Both the position numbers and the translations under genes were made by a program. The notes beneath the pieces were generated by a model. It had not been told where the DNA came from, did not search any database, and was given only the letters and a program-made list of their open reading frames with translations. From positions 36 through 64,035 of the forward strand of contig JALGUG010000001.1 of the NCBI GenBank assembly GCA_029820995.1: 64,000 bases of DNA, given 5' to 3'. The stretch comes from Candidatus Zipacnadia bacterium (GTDB lineage: Bacteria > Armatimonadota > Zipacnadia > JALGUG01). This document shows positions 9,284 through 19,012 of this stretch, piece after piece (position 1 is the first letter of the stretch; every line of letters begins with the position of its first letter).

Positions 9284-10699
9284 GTGAAGGTGCTATTTGT
9301 CGCCGCGGAGGTGCAGCCCTTTGCCAAGACGGGCGGGCTGGCGGACGTCGCCGGCACGCTGCCGGTCGCTCTGGCGCGGCGAGGTCTGGATGTGCGGATT
9401 TTCATGCCCAAGTACCGCACGGTGTCGCAAACAGTCAAGGAGTTCGCCACCGTGGCCGAGGGTCTGTCTGCGCCCGTCGGCCACGAGCAGCTCGGCGGAG
9501 CCCTTCGGTCCACCAACCTCAACGGTGTGCCCGTATACTTCCTCGAGCATAACGGCTTCTTCGACCGCGACGGCCTCTACGGCCACTATGACGACCTCTG
9601 GCGCTACACGTACTTCTGCCGCATGGCGCTGGCCTTCTACCGGGCGATCGGCTGGCGGCCGGACGTCATCCACTGCAACGACTGGCACACGGGCCTAATC
9701 CCGCTGTATCTGAAACGCGACCCCAACCTGGCGGACATTGCCAGCATCTACACGATTCACAATCTGGCCTATCCGGGAAGCTTCGAGGGGTCGGACCTCT
9801 ACGTCACCGGCGTGGAGCCCGACGAGCCGCTCTACCAGTCGCTGAAGCGCTCGGGCAGCGTCTGCCTGTCCCAGGCCGGGATCACGTGCGCCGATCTGGT
9901 CACCACGGTCAGCGAGCGCTACGCGCAGGAGATTCAGACGCCGGAGTTCGGTGCGGGCTTTGACGCGCTCCTGAGCCGGCGTCGAAACGACCTGTACGGA
10001 GTGCTGAACGGGATTGACTACGAGCAGTGGAACCCCCGCACGGATGCCACGCTGGCGGCCAACTACAGCGCGGACGATCTCAGCGGCAAGCAGGTCTGCA
10101 AGCGGGCCCTCCAGCGGGACAACGGGCTTCCCGAGTGCGACCTGCCAGTGATCGCGGTGGTCTCAAGACTGGCGGCGCAGAAGGGTTTTGACCTGATCGA
10201 GGCTGCCGCGGAGCAACTGTTCAAGCTCAAGCTGCAGTTCGTCCTATTGGGGACGGGCGAGGAACGATACCACCGGCTGTTCCGGCGGTTGGCTCGGCGC
10301 TTCCCGGATGCCACCGGGATCAGTCTTGGCTACTCCGCGGCGCAGGCACACCGGCTCTACGCCGGCGCAGACATGTTCCTGATGCCGTCCCGCTACGAGC
10401 CGTGCGGCCTCGGTCAGATGATCAGCATGGCGTACGGCACGATCCCCATCGTCCGGTCTACCGGCGGACTGGCCGACACAGTTCGTGAATCGGGCCCCGA
10501 GCCCAACGGGTTCGTCTTCCGGCCCTATGCTCCAGCAGCGATGATCGCCGCCATCCGACGCGCGCTGCAGGCCTACGCAGACAAGCGAACCTGGAATAGG
10601 CTTGTAGCCAATGCCTTCGCTTCCGACTTCGGTTGGGGGCGCTCGGCCGCGAGATATGAGGAGCTGTACGAGTTGGCAATGCACAAGCGCCGCTGCTAG
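9284..10699 (+). CDS. glgA: Glycogen synthase (ADP-glucose type, GT5)
   Basis: 471 aa with a GTG start. It contains MKVLFVAAEVQPFAKTGGLADV, HCNDWHTGL, and PSRYEPCGLGQM...GGLADTV. Confidence 0.9.
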   Translation: MKVLFVAAEVQPFAKTGGLADVAGTLPVALARRGLDVRIFMPKYRTVSQTVKEFATVAEGLSAPVGHEQLGGALRSTNLNGVPVYFLEHNGFFDRDGLYGHYDDLWRYTYFCRMALAFYRAIGWRPDVIHCNDWHTGLIPLYLKRDPNLADIASIYTIHNLAYPGSFEGSDLYVTGVEPDEPLYQSLKRSGSVCLSQAGITCADLVTTVSERYAQEIQTPEFGAGFDALLSRRRNDLYGVLNGIDYEQWNPRTDATLAANYSADDLSGKQVCKRALQRDNGLPECDLPVIAVVSRLAAQKGFDLIEAAAEQLFKLKLQFVLLGTGEERYHRLFRRLARRFPDATGISLGYSAAQAHRLYAGADMFLMPSRYEPCGLGQMISMAYGTIPIVRSTGGLADTVRESGPEPNGFVFRPYAPAAMIAAIRRALQAYADKRTWNRLVANAFASDFGWGRSAARYEELYELAMHKRRC

Positions 10700-10708
10700 C
10701 GATGGCCG

Positions 10709-11560
10709 CTAGGGCACCTGACCCGCGACCATCGCCTCCGTCAGCTCGCGGGCATAGCGGACCTTGGCACCGCGGACGGCCAGCGGGATGGGGTGCAGCG
10801 CGCCGCCGACCTCCAGGTTGAAGGGCCCCTCGTAGCCGATCTCGCGCAGCGCGGTCAGGACGCCGGCCCAGTCCACCTTGCCCTCGAAGGGCAGCAAGTG
10901 CTGGTCCCCGGAGCCGTCGTTGTCGGCGATGTGAGTGCCGAGCAGATGCGGCCCGATCGCCCGCAGGCATTCGGGCTGGTCCAGACGCTGGATCTGCGCG
11001 TGCCCGGTGTCCCAGCAGATGCCGACCCAGTCGGGATCTGTGTCTCGCACCACGCGCAGCAGCTCCTCCGGCGCGGCGCCGAAGTAGCGGCCATGTCCGC
11101 CCAGGCCGTCCATCAGGTTCTCCAGCGCGATCTTCACGCCCAGTTTCCGGCCCGCTTCCGCCAGCGTGCCCACCGTCTCGGCGTTCTGCTCGCGCGTGCG
11201 GCGCAGATTGGCCTCCAGCTCGATGTCCGCGCCGCTGCCCGGATGGAACACGAAGGTCTTGACGCCGAGGATCGCCGCCCAGTTGATCGCTCGTAGCGCG
11301 ACTTCGGTGCCGGCGCGCACTTGCTCGGGCTCGCCGCAGCAGTTGAACATCGGGCCGTGCATCTGCGGCACATCCACACCGAGCTCCTCGAACAATCCAC
11401 GCATCTTAGCGAACTCGGCCTCGGGATTGTCGCGGGCGTCCAGATCACGCCAGTGCTTGTCGGCGAACTCCAGCGTCCGCCAGCCTTCGGCGGCGATGCG
11501 CCGTACCGATTCCTCCGGCGAGAGCTCCACAAAGGCGTCCGTCCAGATCGAGGGTCTCAT
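10709..11560 (-). CDS. Sugar phosphate isomerase/epimerase (xylose isomerase-like TIM barrel)
   Basis: ORF 10709..11692. I preferred the ATG at 11560 (MRPSIWTDAF...), which removes an Arg/Gly-rich non-homologous leader. Family motifs present are FHPG, ALEN, CWDTGH and NLEV. Confidence 0.75.
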   Translation of the reverse strand: MRPSIWTDAFVELSPEESVRRIAAEGWRTLEFADKHWRDLDARDNPEAEFAKMRGLFEELGVDVPQMHGPMFNCCGEPEQVRAGTEVALRAINWAAILGVKTFVFHPGSGADIELEANLRRTREQNAETVGTLAEAGRKLGVKIALENLMDGLGGHGRYFGAAPEELLRVVRDTDPDWVGICWDTGHAQIQRLDQPECLRAIGPHLLGTHIADNDGSGDQHLLPFEGKVDWAGVLTALREIGYEGPFNLEVGGALHPIPLAVRGAKVRYARELTEAMVAGQVP

Positions 11561-11589
11561 GGTTCCTGGCCTCGCAGTCGAAGTACGAT

Positions 11590-14088
11590 TCAGTCCGTCT
11601 TGGGCGCCGGCAGCCCGAGGACTGCGTTGATCTCCTCGGGCGCATAGTCCGTCAGCTTCACGTCCGCCACTCCCCGCGAATGCCAGGCCCAATCGGCGCT
11701 GTAGGGCACGCCCGCCCAGGAGCTCCAGGTGGTGTCAATTACCCCCAGGCACCGCCCCTTCGCCCGCTGCTGTACGCAGACCTGGCACCATTCCAGACAG
11801 TGCCGCGCTCCGGTATAGGGGGACCCCACGGACGACATACCGTGCCCGGCAAACCACTCCATGAAGCGCGTCTTGTCCTGGCGCGTGGGCCCCCACCACA
11901 CCACGGGGATCACATCCTTGGGGATCATCGTCACCGCGTTGGTCGTCGGATCGTCCGGGAACTCGGTCTCGCCGTTATGGTACGGGTTGAGCATGTCGTC
12001 CCAGAGCATCAGCCGCGCCTGAGGGTCCGCCTGTTTCAGGAACTCGTGCAGCTTGATGATGTCCGCCGCGAGTAGCTCGGCGTTGCTCTTGCCGCTCTGG
12101 AGGCAGCGGCTGTCGGTTTTCATCTGGCGGATCTCGTCGTGGCCCACATGAACGTAGCGGGGGTGCAGGTACTTGACCACGTTCCTGATCGTCCGCCCCA
12201 TCAGCTCGTAGGTCTGGGGCTCGGAGGGGCAGTATGGGATGTTGCCGCGGCGCTTTTGGAAGCGCTTGATGACCTTTGCGTAGTCGTAACTGGCCAGGAC
12301 CGTCTCGCCGGACTTGATGCGGCCTTCGGGAACCCGGACGATACGGAACGGCTCGCCTTTGTCCTGGTCGTAGGGGTACTTGCAGGTCCCGTCGAGCACC
12401 TTGTAATCCCTGCCCTGTTCATAGGTGGTAGCCTTGTCCTTGCTGGTCAGCACGATATCGGTCGCGTCCGTGCGGATGACGTGGCGGAAGCTCAGCGGCG
12501 CTTCCTCGGTGTCTTTCAGGGTCAGTTGCTCGTCCCGCACCCACCAGCCCTCGGCCGCCTGTGCCAGCCTGCTGTTGACGCTGCCGCCGTAGCCGAAGCT
12601 CTGCAGCTCCGGGATGGGGTCAATGCCGTACCGGCGGTAGCGGGCGAAGACCTCCTGCACTTGCCGGCGCGTGTCCTCGTTGTCCAGATCATAGTAGGCG
12701 CCGCTCTCGATGAGCACCGCATTGGTCTTGAGCGTCGCCAGCGCACGGATGCGCCGCTCCAGTTCGCTGGTGAGCTTGGTGCCGGAGGAGTACACGCCTC
12801 GTAGCGGCAGCTCCGGATAGTCCACGATTTGCACGCCGGGCACCATGGCGCGCCCGCTCTCGCGTTGGATGAGCTGGCAGAGCGTCTGGCAGCCGTAGAA
12901 TGCGCCGGGGGCATCGCGGCCGACGATCGCCACGCCCTCGGGACCGCTGCGTAAGACGTACCCTTCGGCCGGAAGCTCGGAGGGCGGCCGGGGCCATGCG
13001 GGACCTTCCTTGCTCGCCGCCAGAGCCACCGAAAACGACGGCAGACCACCCTTCCGGCTGATGGGCAGGTCGAGGCCTAGCTTTTCCTTGACGTATTGCG
13101 CGACCATTTCCGCCCCCACGCGCTCCAACTCGCCGGCGCCCTCCGGCAGCCACAGAGCTGCGCCGCGCGCCAGGTCCAGGCGGCCCCGCGCGAGCTTGAG
13201 GCTTTGTGGATGGGGCAGGATCGCGGGCACAATCTCACGCTCGTCCTCCAAGGCGGCCAGCGGCCGCTCCCCTCTGGCCCAGGCCTGAACACGAAAGTGC
13301 CACCGGCCCAGGCCCAGCCGCGTGATGTCGGCCACGGCTTCGCCCTGGCCCCGGACTTCGATGTTGATCGTGGGCGGCCGCGTTGGAGTACCTGTGCCCT
13401 GAGGCCAATACCCGACGGTGATCTCCCGGGCCCCCGCTTTCATTACCTGCGGTCCGACCGCGAAGTGCAAGCGGCGCTGCTTGACAGGAGTGAAGTAGGC
13501 GGAGCGCAGTGTGACCGACAACGGCGGCGGGATGACCTCGCACAGCGACAGGTCGTCGAACCAGACCGTTCCCGCCCCTTGCTGAAGCCGCACGTACACC
13601 CGGAGCTGCTCATCCTCCGGACCGGTCTGGAACTCGATCTCGTGCTGCGTCCAGTCGCGACTGCCAATCCCGTGGCCGCCGGAGCCGATGACCCGCCAAC
13701 GCGGCAGGGCGTAGACCTCGAAGTACGCCCGGCCCTTTACCTGCTCCAATTTGCTCCAGACCGCCAGCCGATACTTGGTCTTCGGCTTGCACTGCACAAG
13801 CTGATGAATCCGGCTCTGCCCCGCCTCCCGGCGGACGATGCGAGCGGCGATCTTCCCTTCGTGCTTGACCTGAGTGTCGGCGAAGATCGTGCGGCCGGCG
13901 TCTTCCTGGTCCCAGTGGGCGAAGTTGTCCGCCGCCGCCAGTTCCTCGAACCCGGAGTTGAGCAGCAGGTTCGGGCCTCCTGTCGCCTCCTGGGCCATGC
14001 TCAGTTGAGCGAACCCTACCAGGCCCAGCAACACCGGCCAGAGCGCCGTGTTCAGGCGACTGATTGTGCTGTGCGGTCTCATGGTCAT
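11590..14088 (-). CDS. Large secreted glycoside-hydrolase-like protein (N-terminal CBM-like beta-sandwich plus hexosaminidase/GH20-like region)
   Basis: ORF 11590..14250. A signal-peptide-like MTMRPHSTISRLNTALWPVLLGLVGFAQLSMAQEA begins at 14088. It has a CBM4/9-like NLLLNSGFEE...W, a GH20-like IVDYPELPLRG, and HVGHDE. The functional call is tentative. Confidence 0.55.
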   Translation of the reverse strand: MTMRPHSTISRLNTALWPVLLGLVGFAQLSMAQEATGGPNLLLNSGFEELAAADNFAHWDQEDAGRTIFADTQVKHEGKIAARIVRREAGQSRIHQLVQCKPKTKYRLAVWSKLEQVKGRAYFEVYALPRWRVIGSGGHGIGSRDWTQHEIEFQTGPEDEQLRVYVRLQQGAGTVWFDDLSLCEVIPPPLSVTLRSAYFTPVKQRRLHFAVGPQVMKAGAREITVGYWPQGTGTPTRPPTINIEVRGQGEAVADITRLGLGRWHFRVQAWARGERPLAALEDEREIVPAILPHPQSLKLARGRLDLARGAALWLPEGAGELERVGAEMVAQYVKEKLGLDLPISRKGGLPSFSVALAASKEGPAWPRPPSELPAEGYVLRSGPEGVAIVGRDAPGAFYGCQTLCQLIQRESGRAMVPGVQIVDYPELPLRGVYSSGTKLTSELERRIRALATLKTNAVLIESGAYYDLDNEDTRRQVQEVFARYRRYGIDPIPELQSFGYGGSVNSRLAQAAEGWWVRDEQLTLKDTEEAPLSFRHVIRTDATDIVLTSKDKATTYEQGRDYKVLDGTCKYPYDQDKGEPFRIVRVPEGRIKSGETVLASYDYAKVIKRFQKRRGNIPYCPSEPQTYELMGRTIRNVVKYLHPRYVHVGHDEIRQMKTDSRCLQSGKSNAELLAADIIKLHEFLKQADPQARLMLWDDMLNPYHNGETEFPDDPTTNAVTMIPKDVIPVVWWGPTRQDKTRFMEWFAGHGMSSVGSPYTGARHCLEWCQVCVQQRAKGRCLGVIDTTWSSWAGVPYSADWAWHSRGVADVKLTDYAPEEINAVLGLPAPKTD

Positions 14089-14129
14089 CCTCACCGTATC
14101 CGACATCATGGTGGCGCAGAAGCCCGGCC

Positions 14130-15569
14130 CTACACTGCGCCGCGTTGTGCGCACTGACCTTCGTGGGAACCGATCCCCTCTTCGGTCGTCACCACCAACT
14201 GCAGCAGAAACAGGGCGTAAACGGGAGTGTACTCCGCGAGCCGCAGCCAAGTGGATTCAGGGGTCTCCCTTTGGAACAGGTAGACCATGGGAACTACGGC
14301 TGTCAGCAAAAGACCTCCGACGTGCGGATAGATGACCAGGAAAGGCAGCAGCCAGCAGAAGTACCACGGGTAGTCGAGGGGCGTGACGAGAAGGAAGAAG
14401 GCCATGACGTAGAACATGCGGCGCACCAGCTCCAAGCTGCGTTGCGGTTCCTCCGTGGAGCGCAGAGGCCTCAAGGCCATCAGCGTTGTGAAGACCACGA
14501 TTAGTCCGAGAGCCACAAAGCGTGCCAGAGCGCCGGGATCTTCCGTGAAGGGGCGACAGAGCACTTGGAGAACGGCAAACAGGCTGCTGTTACGCTCCCA
14601 GTGAGCGGAGTAGTCGCCCATGCCGCTGAAGAAGTTCCGGCCGGCCCCGGCGTACGGTAGGCAGAGCAGGGCGATGGTCGCGAAATACCAGGCAGCGAAA
14701 GGCAAAGGACGAAAGCGCTGATACCGCGAGAGAAAGGGAACAAACAGGAGGCTGTAACCCTTCGCCAGCGTGGACAGCGCCAGCGCAACGGCCGTCCAGA
14801 CCGCGCCCCGCTGCCGATACAGGGCCAGGCCCGCCCACAGCGCCAGAGCGAGGAAGAAGATGCCGATGCTGTCCTGATGGCCGCTGCCCGCGTACTCAGT
14901 AATCGGCAGCGGGTGCCAGCCGAACAGCAGGGCCAGACTGGCAGGACGCCGCAGACTGGACAGAGCGCCGAAGAGCGCCAGGAGCGTGCCCAGGTCGAAG
15001 AGAGTGAAGATGGCCTTGAGCCCTCGGGTACTTCCGGGCACAATAACTGCCGCCAGCCGAAAGACCAGTTGTGAAGTGGGCGGGTAGATGGTCCGCACCG
15101 ACTTGTTATTGATCCATTTCCAGTAGTCGGTGCGATATTGCTTCACAGCCTCATCGTTCGGAGGGTATAGATACGGGTTGATGCCGGCCCGCTGGATCCT
15201 TCCATCCCACAGGAACCGAAAGGGGTCGGTGGAGCGAAGGGTCGGCCTGGCCAGGAAGGGAAGGCGCATGGTCAGGGCAAAAAGAAGCACCAGAAGGCAC
15301 GCTATCCGCTCCTGCCGGGGCGTCAACTGCCGGCGGGCAAAGGCAAAGGCCACGAGCACCAGGACGAACTCGGCCCAACCGTAGAAAACATAGGGCGGCC
15401 CGAACTCGTCCCAGGGCGGCACCTGCGCGTGCAGGTAGCAGCACACGGTCAGGCATACGCCCAGGACAGCCAGCATGCCGAGCTTCTGCGCCGCTTTCGC
15501 TGACACAAACGTCTCCCGACCGGTGAGATAACCCCTGTAATTGTACGGGAGCCGGAGGGCATGCGTCAA
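14130..15569 (-). CDS. Polytopic membrane protein, GT87/DUF2029-like glycosyltransferase
   Basis: 479 aa with many hydrophobic segments. The loop motif DPFRFLWDGRIQRAGINPYLYPP is typical of DUF2029-type mannosyltransferase-like proteins. The true start may be the internal M at about 15476, since only 25 nt separate 15569 from the divergent gene. Confidence 0.5.
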   Translation of the reverse strand: MTHALRLPYNYRGYLTGRETFVSAKAAQKLGMLAVLGVCLTVCCYLHAQVPPWDEFGPPYVFYGWAEFVLVLVAFAFARRQLTPRQERIACLLVLLFALTMRLPFLARPTLRSTDPFRFLWDGRIQRAGINPYLYPPNDEAVKQYRTDYWKWINNKSVRTIYPPTSQLVFRLAAVIVPGSTRGLKAIFTLFDLGTLLALFGALSSLRRPASLALLFGWHPLPITEYAGSGHQDSIGIFFLALALWAGLALYRQRGAVWTAVALALSTLAKGYSLLFVPFLSRYQRFRPLPFAAWYFATIALLCLPYAGAGRNFFSGMGDYSAHWERNSSLFAVLQVLCRPFTEDPGALARFVALGLIVVFTTLMALRPLRSTEEPQRSLELVRRMFYVMAFFLLVTPLDYPWYFCWLLPFLVIYPHVGGLLLTAVVPMVYLFQRETPESTWLRLAEYTPVYALFLLQLVVTTEEGIGSHEGQCAQRGAV

Positions 15570-15594
15570 GTTCGCCGCTTTCGAGGGCTAACCG

Positions 15595-16332
15595 ATGTCT
15601 CATGAGCCGTTCGTCTGCCACTGGGCGCTAGACGACCTCGCGCCCGGAGCAATCGAGTTCTTGCGCCTGCGTGACGGTCACGCGGCTGACGAGGTAGAGT
15701 TCATCGTCGAGGAATTGGGCCTCCGGCCGGGGCAGCTTGTGCTGGACGTAGCCTGCGGCCTGGGCCGGCACTCGGTGGAGCTGGCGGCCCGAGGTCTCCG
15801 CGTGGTCGGCATAGACCTTTCGCCGGCATTCTTGCGTGAAGCGGCCCAGGCCCTGCGCGTTCGGGGGTTGCCGGTATCGCTGATTCAGGCCGACGCACGC
15901 CTTCTGCCGCTCAAGCAGTGCGCTGATGCCGTGATCTCGATCTGGATCTCGGCCCTCACCGAGATGCCCGACGACGCCCAGGAGCTCCGAATCGTGCGCT
16001 CCCTGGCCGAAGCATTGAAGCCCGGTGGGCGGCTGCTACTGACGACCTGGAACGCCTTCCGGGCTGTGCAGCGCGAGTTGGTGACCGATCTGGCCACCAT
16101 GCGCACCGAACTGCGCTTCCGTGTGAAGGAGCACCAGGGCGAAATCCGGCGCTATGTCCGCCCCTTCTTTCCCTCGGAACTGGCCCTGGCCTTTCTGTGT
16201 CACGGTGTGCGGACGGACGCCATTTACGGCATCAGCGACGACAATCCCTGGGCGCAGCGCCAGGCGCTCAGCGAAGAGCACGCCGAGTACATTTTCGTGG
16301 GCACAAAGACAGGTTCGGCACAGCACCGCTGA
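15595..16332 (+). CDS. Class I SAM-dependent methyltransferase
   Basis: 245 aa. SAM-binding motif I is VLDVACGLGRHSVELAARGLRVVGIDLS. Confidence 0.75.
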   Translation: MSHEPFVCHWALDDLAPGAIEFLRLRDGHAADEVEFIVEELGLRPGQLVLDVACGLGRHSVELAARGLRVVGIDLSPAFLREAAQALRVRGLPVSLIQADARLLPLKQCADAVISIWISALTEMPDDAQELRIVRSLAEALKPGGRLLLTTWNAFRAVQRELVTDLATMRTELRFRVKEHQGEIRRYVRPFFPSELALAFLCHGVRTDAIYGISDDNPWAQRQALSEEHAEYIFVGTKTGSAQHR

Positions 16333-16349
16333 CCGAAAGGACCAAGCTC

Positions 16350-17114
16350 ATGCCGGTGGGCATCATCGGCGGGACAGGACTGTACCCTCTGACGGACGGC
16401 GCGAGGCCACAACCGGTGCGCACCAGCTACGGCGACGCCACGGTCGCGCACGCGGCCTTGGGAGGACAGGAAGTCGTCTTTCTGGCGCGCCACGGGCCGG
16501 AGCACACCGTTCCGCCACACCGGATCAACTACCGGGCGAATATCCGCGCTCTGGCGAACCTGGGCTGTCACAGCATTTTGGCCACGAACGCCGTCGGCTC
16601 CCTCGATCTGGAGCTGAAGCCGGGCGAGTTCGCGCTGCCGGACCAGTTCCTGGACTTCACGCGCCAGCGTCCGTTGACGTTCTTTGACGACCCCAGCGGG
16701 CCGGTGGTCCACGTGGACTTCAGTGAGCCCTATTGCCCGCGCCTGCGCGCCGCGCTGAAGGCGGCCGCCCAGGAGCTGGACTTGGGGCTCACCGACGGGG
16801 GCACGTACGCCTGCGCCGAAGGCCCGCGATTCGAGACGCCCGCGGAGATCAAGATGTATCGGACGCTGGGCGCCGACCTGATCGGCATGACCGGCGTGCC
16901 GGAGGTCGTGCTGGCGCGCGAGGCGGGCATTTGCTATGCGAGCCTGTGCATCGCGACCAACTTCGCGGCGGGCATCTCGCCCGAGCCTTTGCGCCACAAC
17001 GAGGTCGCGGCCCTGATGGACGAGAGGTTCGAGGACATTACCCGTTTGCTCGCAGCAGGCCTCGCCCGCATCGAGGACGACCCCTCCTGCCCGTGCCATC
17101 ATCCGACAGAGTGA
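16350..17114 (+). CDS. mtnP: S-methyl-5'-thioadenosine phosphorylase
   Basis: ORF 16197..17114. I preferred the ATG at 16350 (MPVGIIGGTGLY). The sequence contains FLARHG..H..PPH.INYRANI.AL and MT..PE..LARE, as in the MTAP/PNP family. Confidence 0.85.
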   Translation: MPVGIIGGTGLYPLTDGARPQPVRTSYGDATVAHAALGGQEVVFLARHGPEHTVPPHRINYRANIRALANLGCHSILATNAVGSLDLELKPGEFALPDQFLDFTRQRPLTFFDDPSGPVVHVDFSEPYCPRLRAALKAAAQELDLGLTDGGTYACAEGPRFETPAEIKMYRTLGADLIGMTGVPEVVLAREAGICYASLCIATNFAAGISPEPLRHNEVAALMDERFEDITRLLAAGLARIEDDPSCPCHHPTE

Positions 17115-17190
17115 CGAGCAGGGCCCGAATGCGCCGGCGACTCGCAGCGCCGCAAACCATCCAGCCCACCTGCACCGAAAGGAACCGCGT

Positions 17191-17982
17191 GTGCCTCTGG
17201 CAGCCAACCCCCGTGACTTCGACGGCTATCTGCTCGACCTTGATGGGACGCTCTATCTCGGTCCCGATTTGATCCCGGGTGCCGACCGCGCGCTGGCGTC
17301 CCTGCGCGCTCGCGGCGCACGCGTGGTCTTCCTGTCCAACAAGCCCATTGCCACGCGGCGGTCCTATGCTCGGAAGCTCACCGCGCTCGGCATCCCGGCG
17401 GCAGAGAAGGATGTTGTCAACAGCAACTTGGCGCTGACACGGTACCTGTCTCGCGAGCACCGAGGCGCCAGACTGGGCGTCATCGGCGAGCAGCCGCTGC
17501 TTGATGATCTGCTGGGCGCCGGGTTCGAGGTCGTGGACGATCCCGTGCAGGTGGACGTGCTCGTGGTGTCGTGGGATCGGCAGTTCAACTACGAGAAGCT
17601 ATGCTTCGGCCACGACGCGCTGCGGGCGGGCGCCCGGTTCGTGGCGACCAATCCGGACCGTGTGTGCCCCATGCCCGAGGGGGTCATGCTGCCGGACTGT
17701 GCCAGCATGGTCGGCGCGCTGGAAGGCGCCACTGGACGCCGGGTGGAGGTCTGGGCAGGCAAGCCCTCGCGGCTGATGGGCGAGATGGCTCTGGAGCGTC
17801 TCGGCCTGCCGGCGGAGCGCTGCGCGATGGTCGGCGACCGCCTCGACACGGACATGGTGCTGGCGCGCAACAATGGCCTTGCCTCGATCCTGGTGCTGAC
17901 CGGCTGCACCGACCGCGCGGCGCTGGCGGCCTCTGAACAGAAGCCCGACTTCGTCCTGGAAAGCGTGGCAGAGCTGGGATAG
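17191..17982 (+). CDS. HAD-IIA family hydrolase (NagD-like sugar phosphatase)
   Basis: 263 aa with a GTG start. It contains YLLDLDGTLY, FLSNK, GKP and MVGDRLDTD. Its last 8 codons lie inside direct repeat DR-L. Confidence 0.8.
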   Translation: MPLAANPRDFDGYLLDLDGTLYLGPDLIPGADRALASLRARGARVVFLSNKPIATRRSYARKLTALGIPAAEKDVVNSNLALTRYLSREHRGARLGVIGEQPLLDDLLGAGFEVVDDPVQVDVLVVSWDRQFNYEKLCFGHDALRAGARFVATNPDRVCPMPEGVMLPDCASMVGALEGATGRRVEVWAGKPSRLMGEMALERLGLPAERCAMVGDRLDTDMVLARNNGLASILVLTGCTDRAALAASEQKPDFVLESVAELG

Positions 17983-18026
17983 GGCTGCTGCAGCGGGATA
18001 TGCATGGCGAGGGTTCCGTCAACGCG
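17952..18026 (+). repeat. Direct repeat DR-L (att-like), containing the 3' end of the HAD hydrolase gene
   Basis: The sequence is CGTCCTGGAAAGCGTGGCAGAGCTGGGATAGGGCTGCTGCAGCGGGATATGCATGGCGAGGGTTCCGTCAACGCG. I aligned it by eye to 19089-19163 and found 6 mismatches. Confidence 0.85.
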
Positions 18027-18064
18027 CGGCGGCGCGTGGTGGGTGCACCGCTGTAGCTGACCTA

Positions 18065-18093
18065 TTGACGGGCCCTGCCGCACGTGGTACAAG
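18065..18093 (+). promoter_or_regulatory. Candidate sigma70-type promoter for the vapB-like/vapC operon
   Basis: TTGACG (18065-18070), a 17-nt spacer, then TACAAG (18088-18093). Confidence 0.35.
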
Positions 18094-18155
18094 GAGGGCG
18101 GTTTGACGGCAACGACACAGTGCATTGTGCGGCCAGACGATGGGGGTGGAAAGCT

Positions 18156-18371
18156 GTGGAGTCCGGATATCGTGACGAAATCAACGCGGTACTGGAAGAG
18201 CTACCGGACGATAACCTTCAAGCTCTGTTGAACGCGTTGCGCCGGCTACGCCGAGACCGGGCAATACGCCGCTGGAGCGCCGCCATCGGCACCCTAACCG
18301 AGCCGGAAGCAGCCGAGATGCAGCGCGTCATCGAAGAGGGATGCGAGACGATTGACCCCGACTCGTGGTAG
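18156..18371 (+). CDS. Putative antitoxin in the VapB position (family unassigned)
   Basis: ORF 18084..18371. I preferred the GTG at 18156, which follows GGGGGTGGAAAG. The product is small and ends 4 nt before the vapC ATG. Its acidic C-terminus is ...EEGCETIDPDSW. Confidence 0.5.
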   Translation: MESGYRDEINAVLEELPDDNLQALLNALRRLRRDRAIRRWSAAIGTLTEPEAAEMQRVIEEGCETIDPDSW

Positions 18372-18375
18372 GTAC

Positions 18376-18750
18376 ATGCTTGACACCAACATCGCCATCG
18401 CTCTTCTTCGCGCCGAGCCGCACGTGGTGGAACGGTGGAGTAGTGCAGACCACGTGGTGTTGCCAGCACCGGTGCTCGCAGAACTCTTGTACGGCGCCCG
18501 CAGGTCCGGGCGACCGGCAGAAAACGAGGAGCGGGTGCTCGATCTGGCCCGCGCGATGGAATTCGTCGTGTGCGATCAAGTCGTCTGCCGCCGTTACGCC
18601 TCCCTCAAAGCAGCTTTGTCGCAAAGCGGTCGCCCGATCCCGAACAATGATCTGTGGATAGCGGCCTGCTGCTTGGCAGCCAATGCGACTCTGGTGACAC
18701 GAGACGCCCATTTTGTGGGCCTGCCGGAACTGGTATGCGAGGAATGGTGA
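18376..18750 (+). CDS. vapC: PIN-domain toxin VapC
   Basis: ORF 18352..18750, with the ATG at 18376 (MLDTNIAIALL...). PIN acidic residues are present (D4, E in ...LAELLYGA..., D in NDLWIAA... and TRD). Confidence 0.8.
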   Translation: MLDTNIAIALLRAEPHVVERWSSADHVVLPAPVLAELLYGARRSGRPAENEERVLDLARAMEFVVCDQVVCRRYASLKAALSQSGRPIPNNDLWIAACCLAANATLVTRDAHFVGLPELVCEEW

Positions 18751-18790
18751 GTCGCCCCTTGTCGCAATGGCGCCATAGGAGAGCGTGCAC

Positions 18791-19012
18791 ATGAGGTACT
18801 TCAAGATCATCGTGGAGAAACATGCCGATGGCTATGTTGCTTACCCGCTGGGCCTGAAAGGGGTGGTTGTCGGCCAAGGCAATACCTACGACGAAGCGCT
18901 GACCGACGCGAGGCCTGCGATCTGGTTCCACGTCGAGACGTTCGGGGAGGTGCTGGAAGGCGAATCACCTGTGCTGGAGGCCTTTGTAGCGGAGGCAGGA
19001 GTGCCCGACTGA
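18791..19012 (+). CDS. hicB: HicB-family antitoxin (UPF0150-type single domain)
   Basis: MRYFKIIVEKHADGYVAYPLGLKGVVVGQGNTYDEALTDARPAI..H is the typical HicB N-terminal fold signature. AGGAG lies 9 nt upstream of the ATG at 18791. Confidence 0.7.
   Translation: MRYFKIIVEKHADGYVAYPLGLKGVVVGQGNTYDEALTDARPAIWFHVETFGEVLEGESPVLEAFVAEAGVPD

Noticed and set aside
10694-10714. A short palindrome, CTAGCG-ATGGC-CGCTAG, spanning the stop codons of the convergent glgA and TIM-barrel genes.
   Set aside because: The stem is only 6 bp with no U-tract, too weak to call a terminator with confidence.
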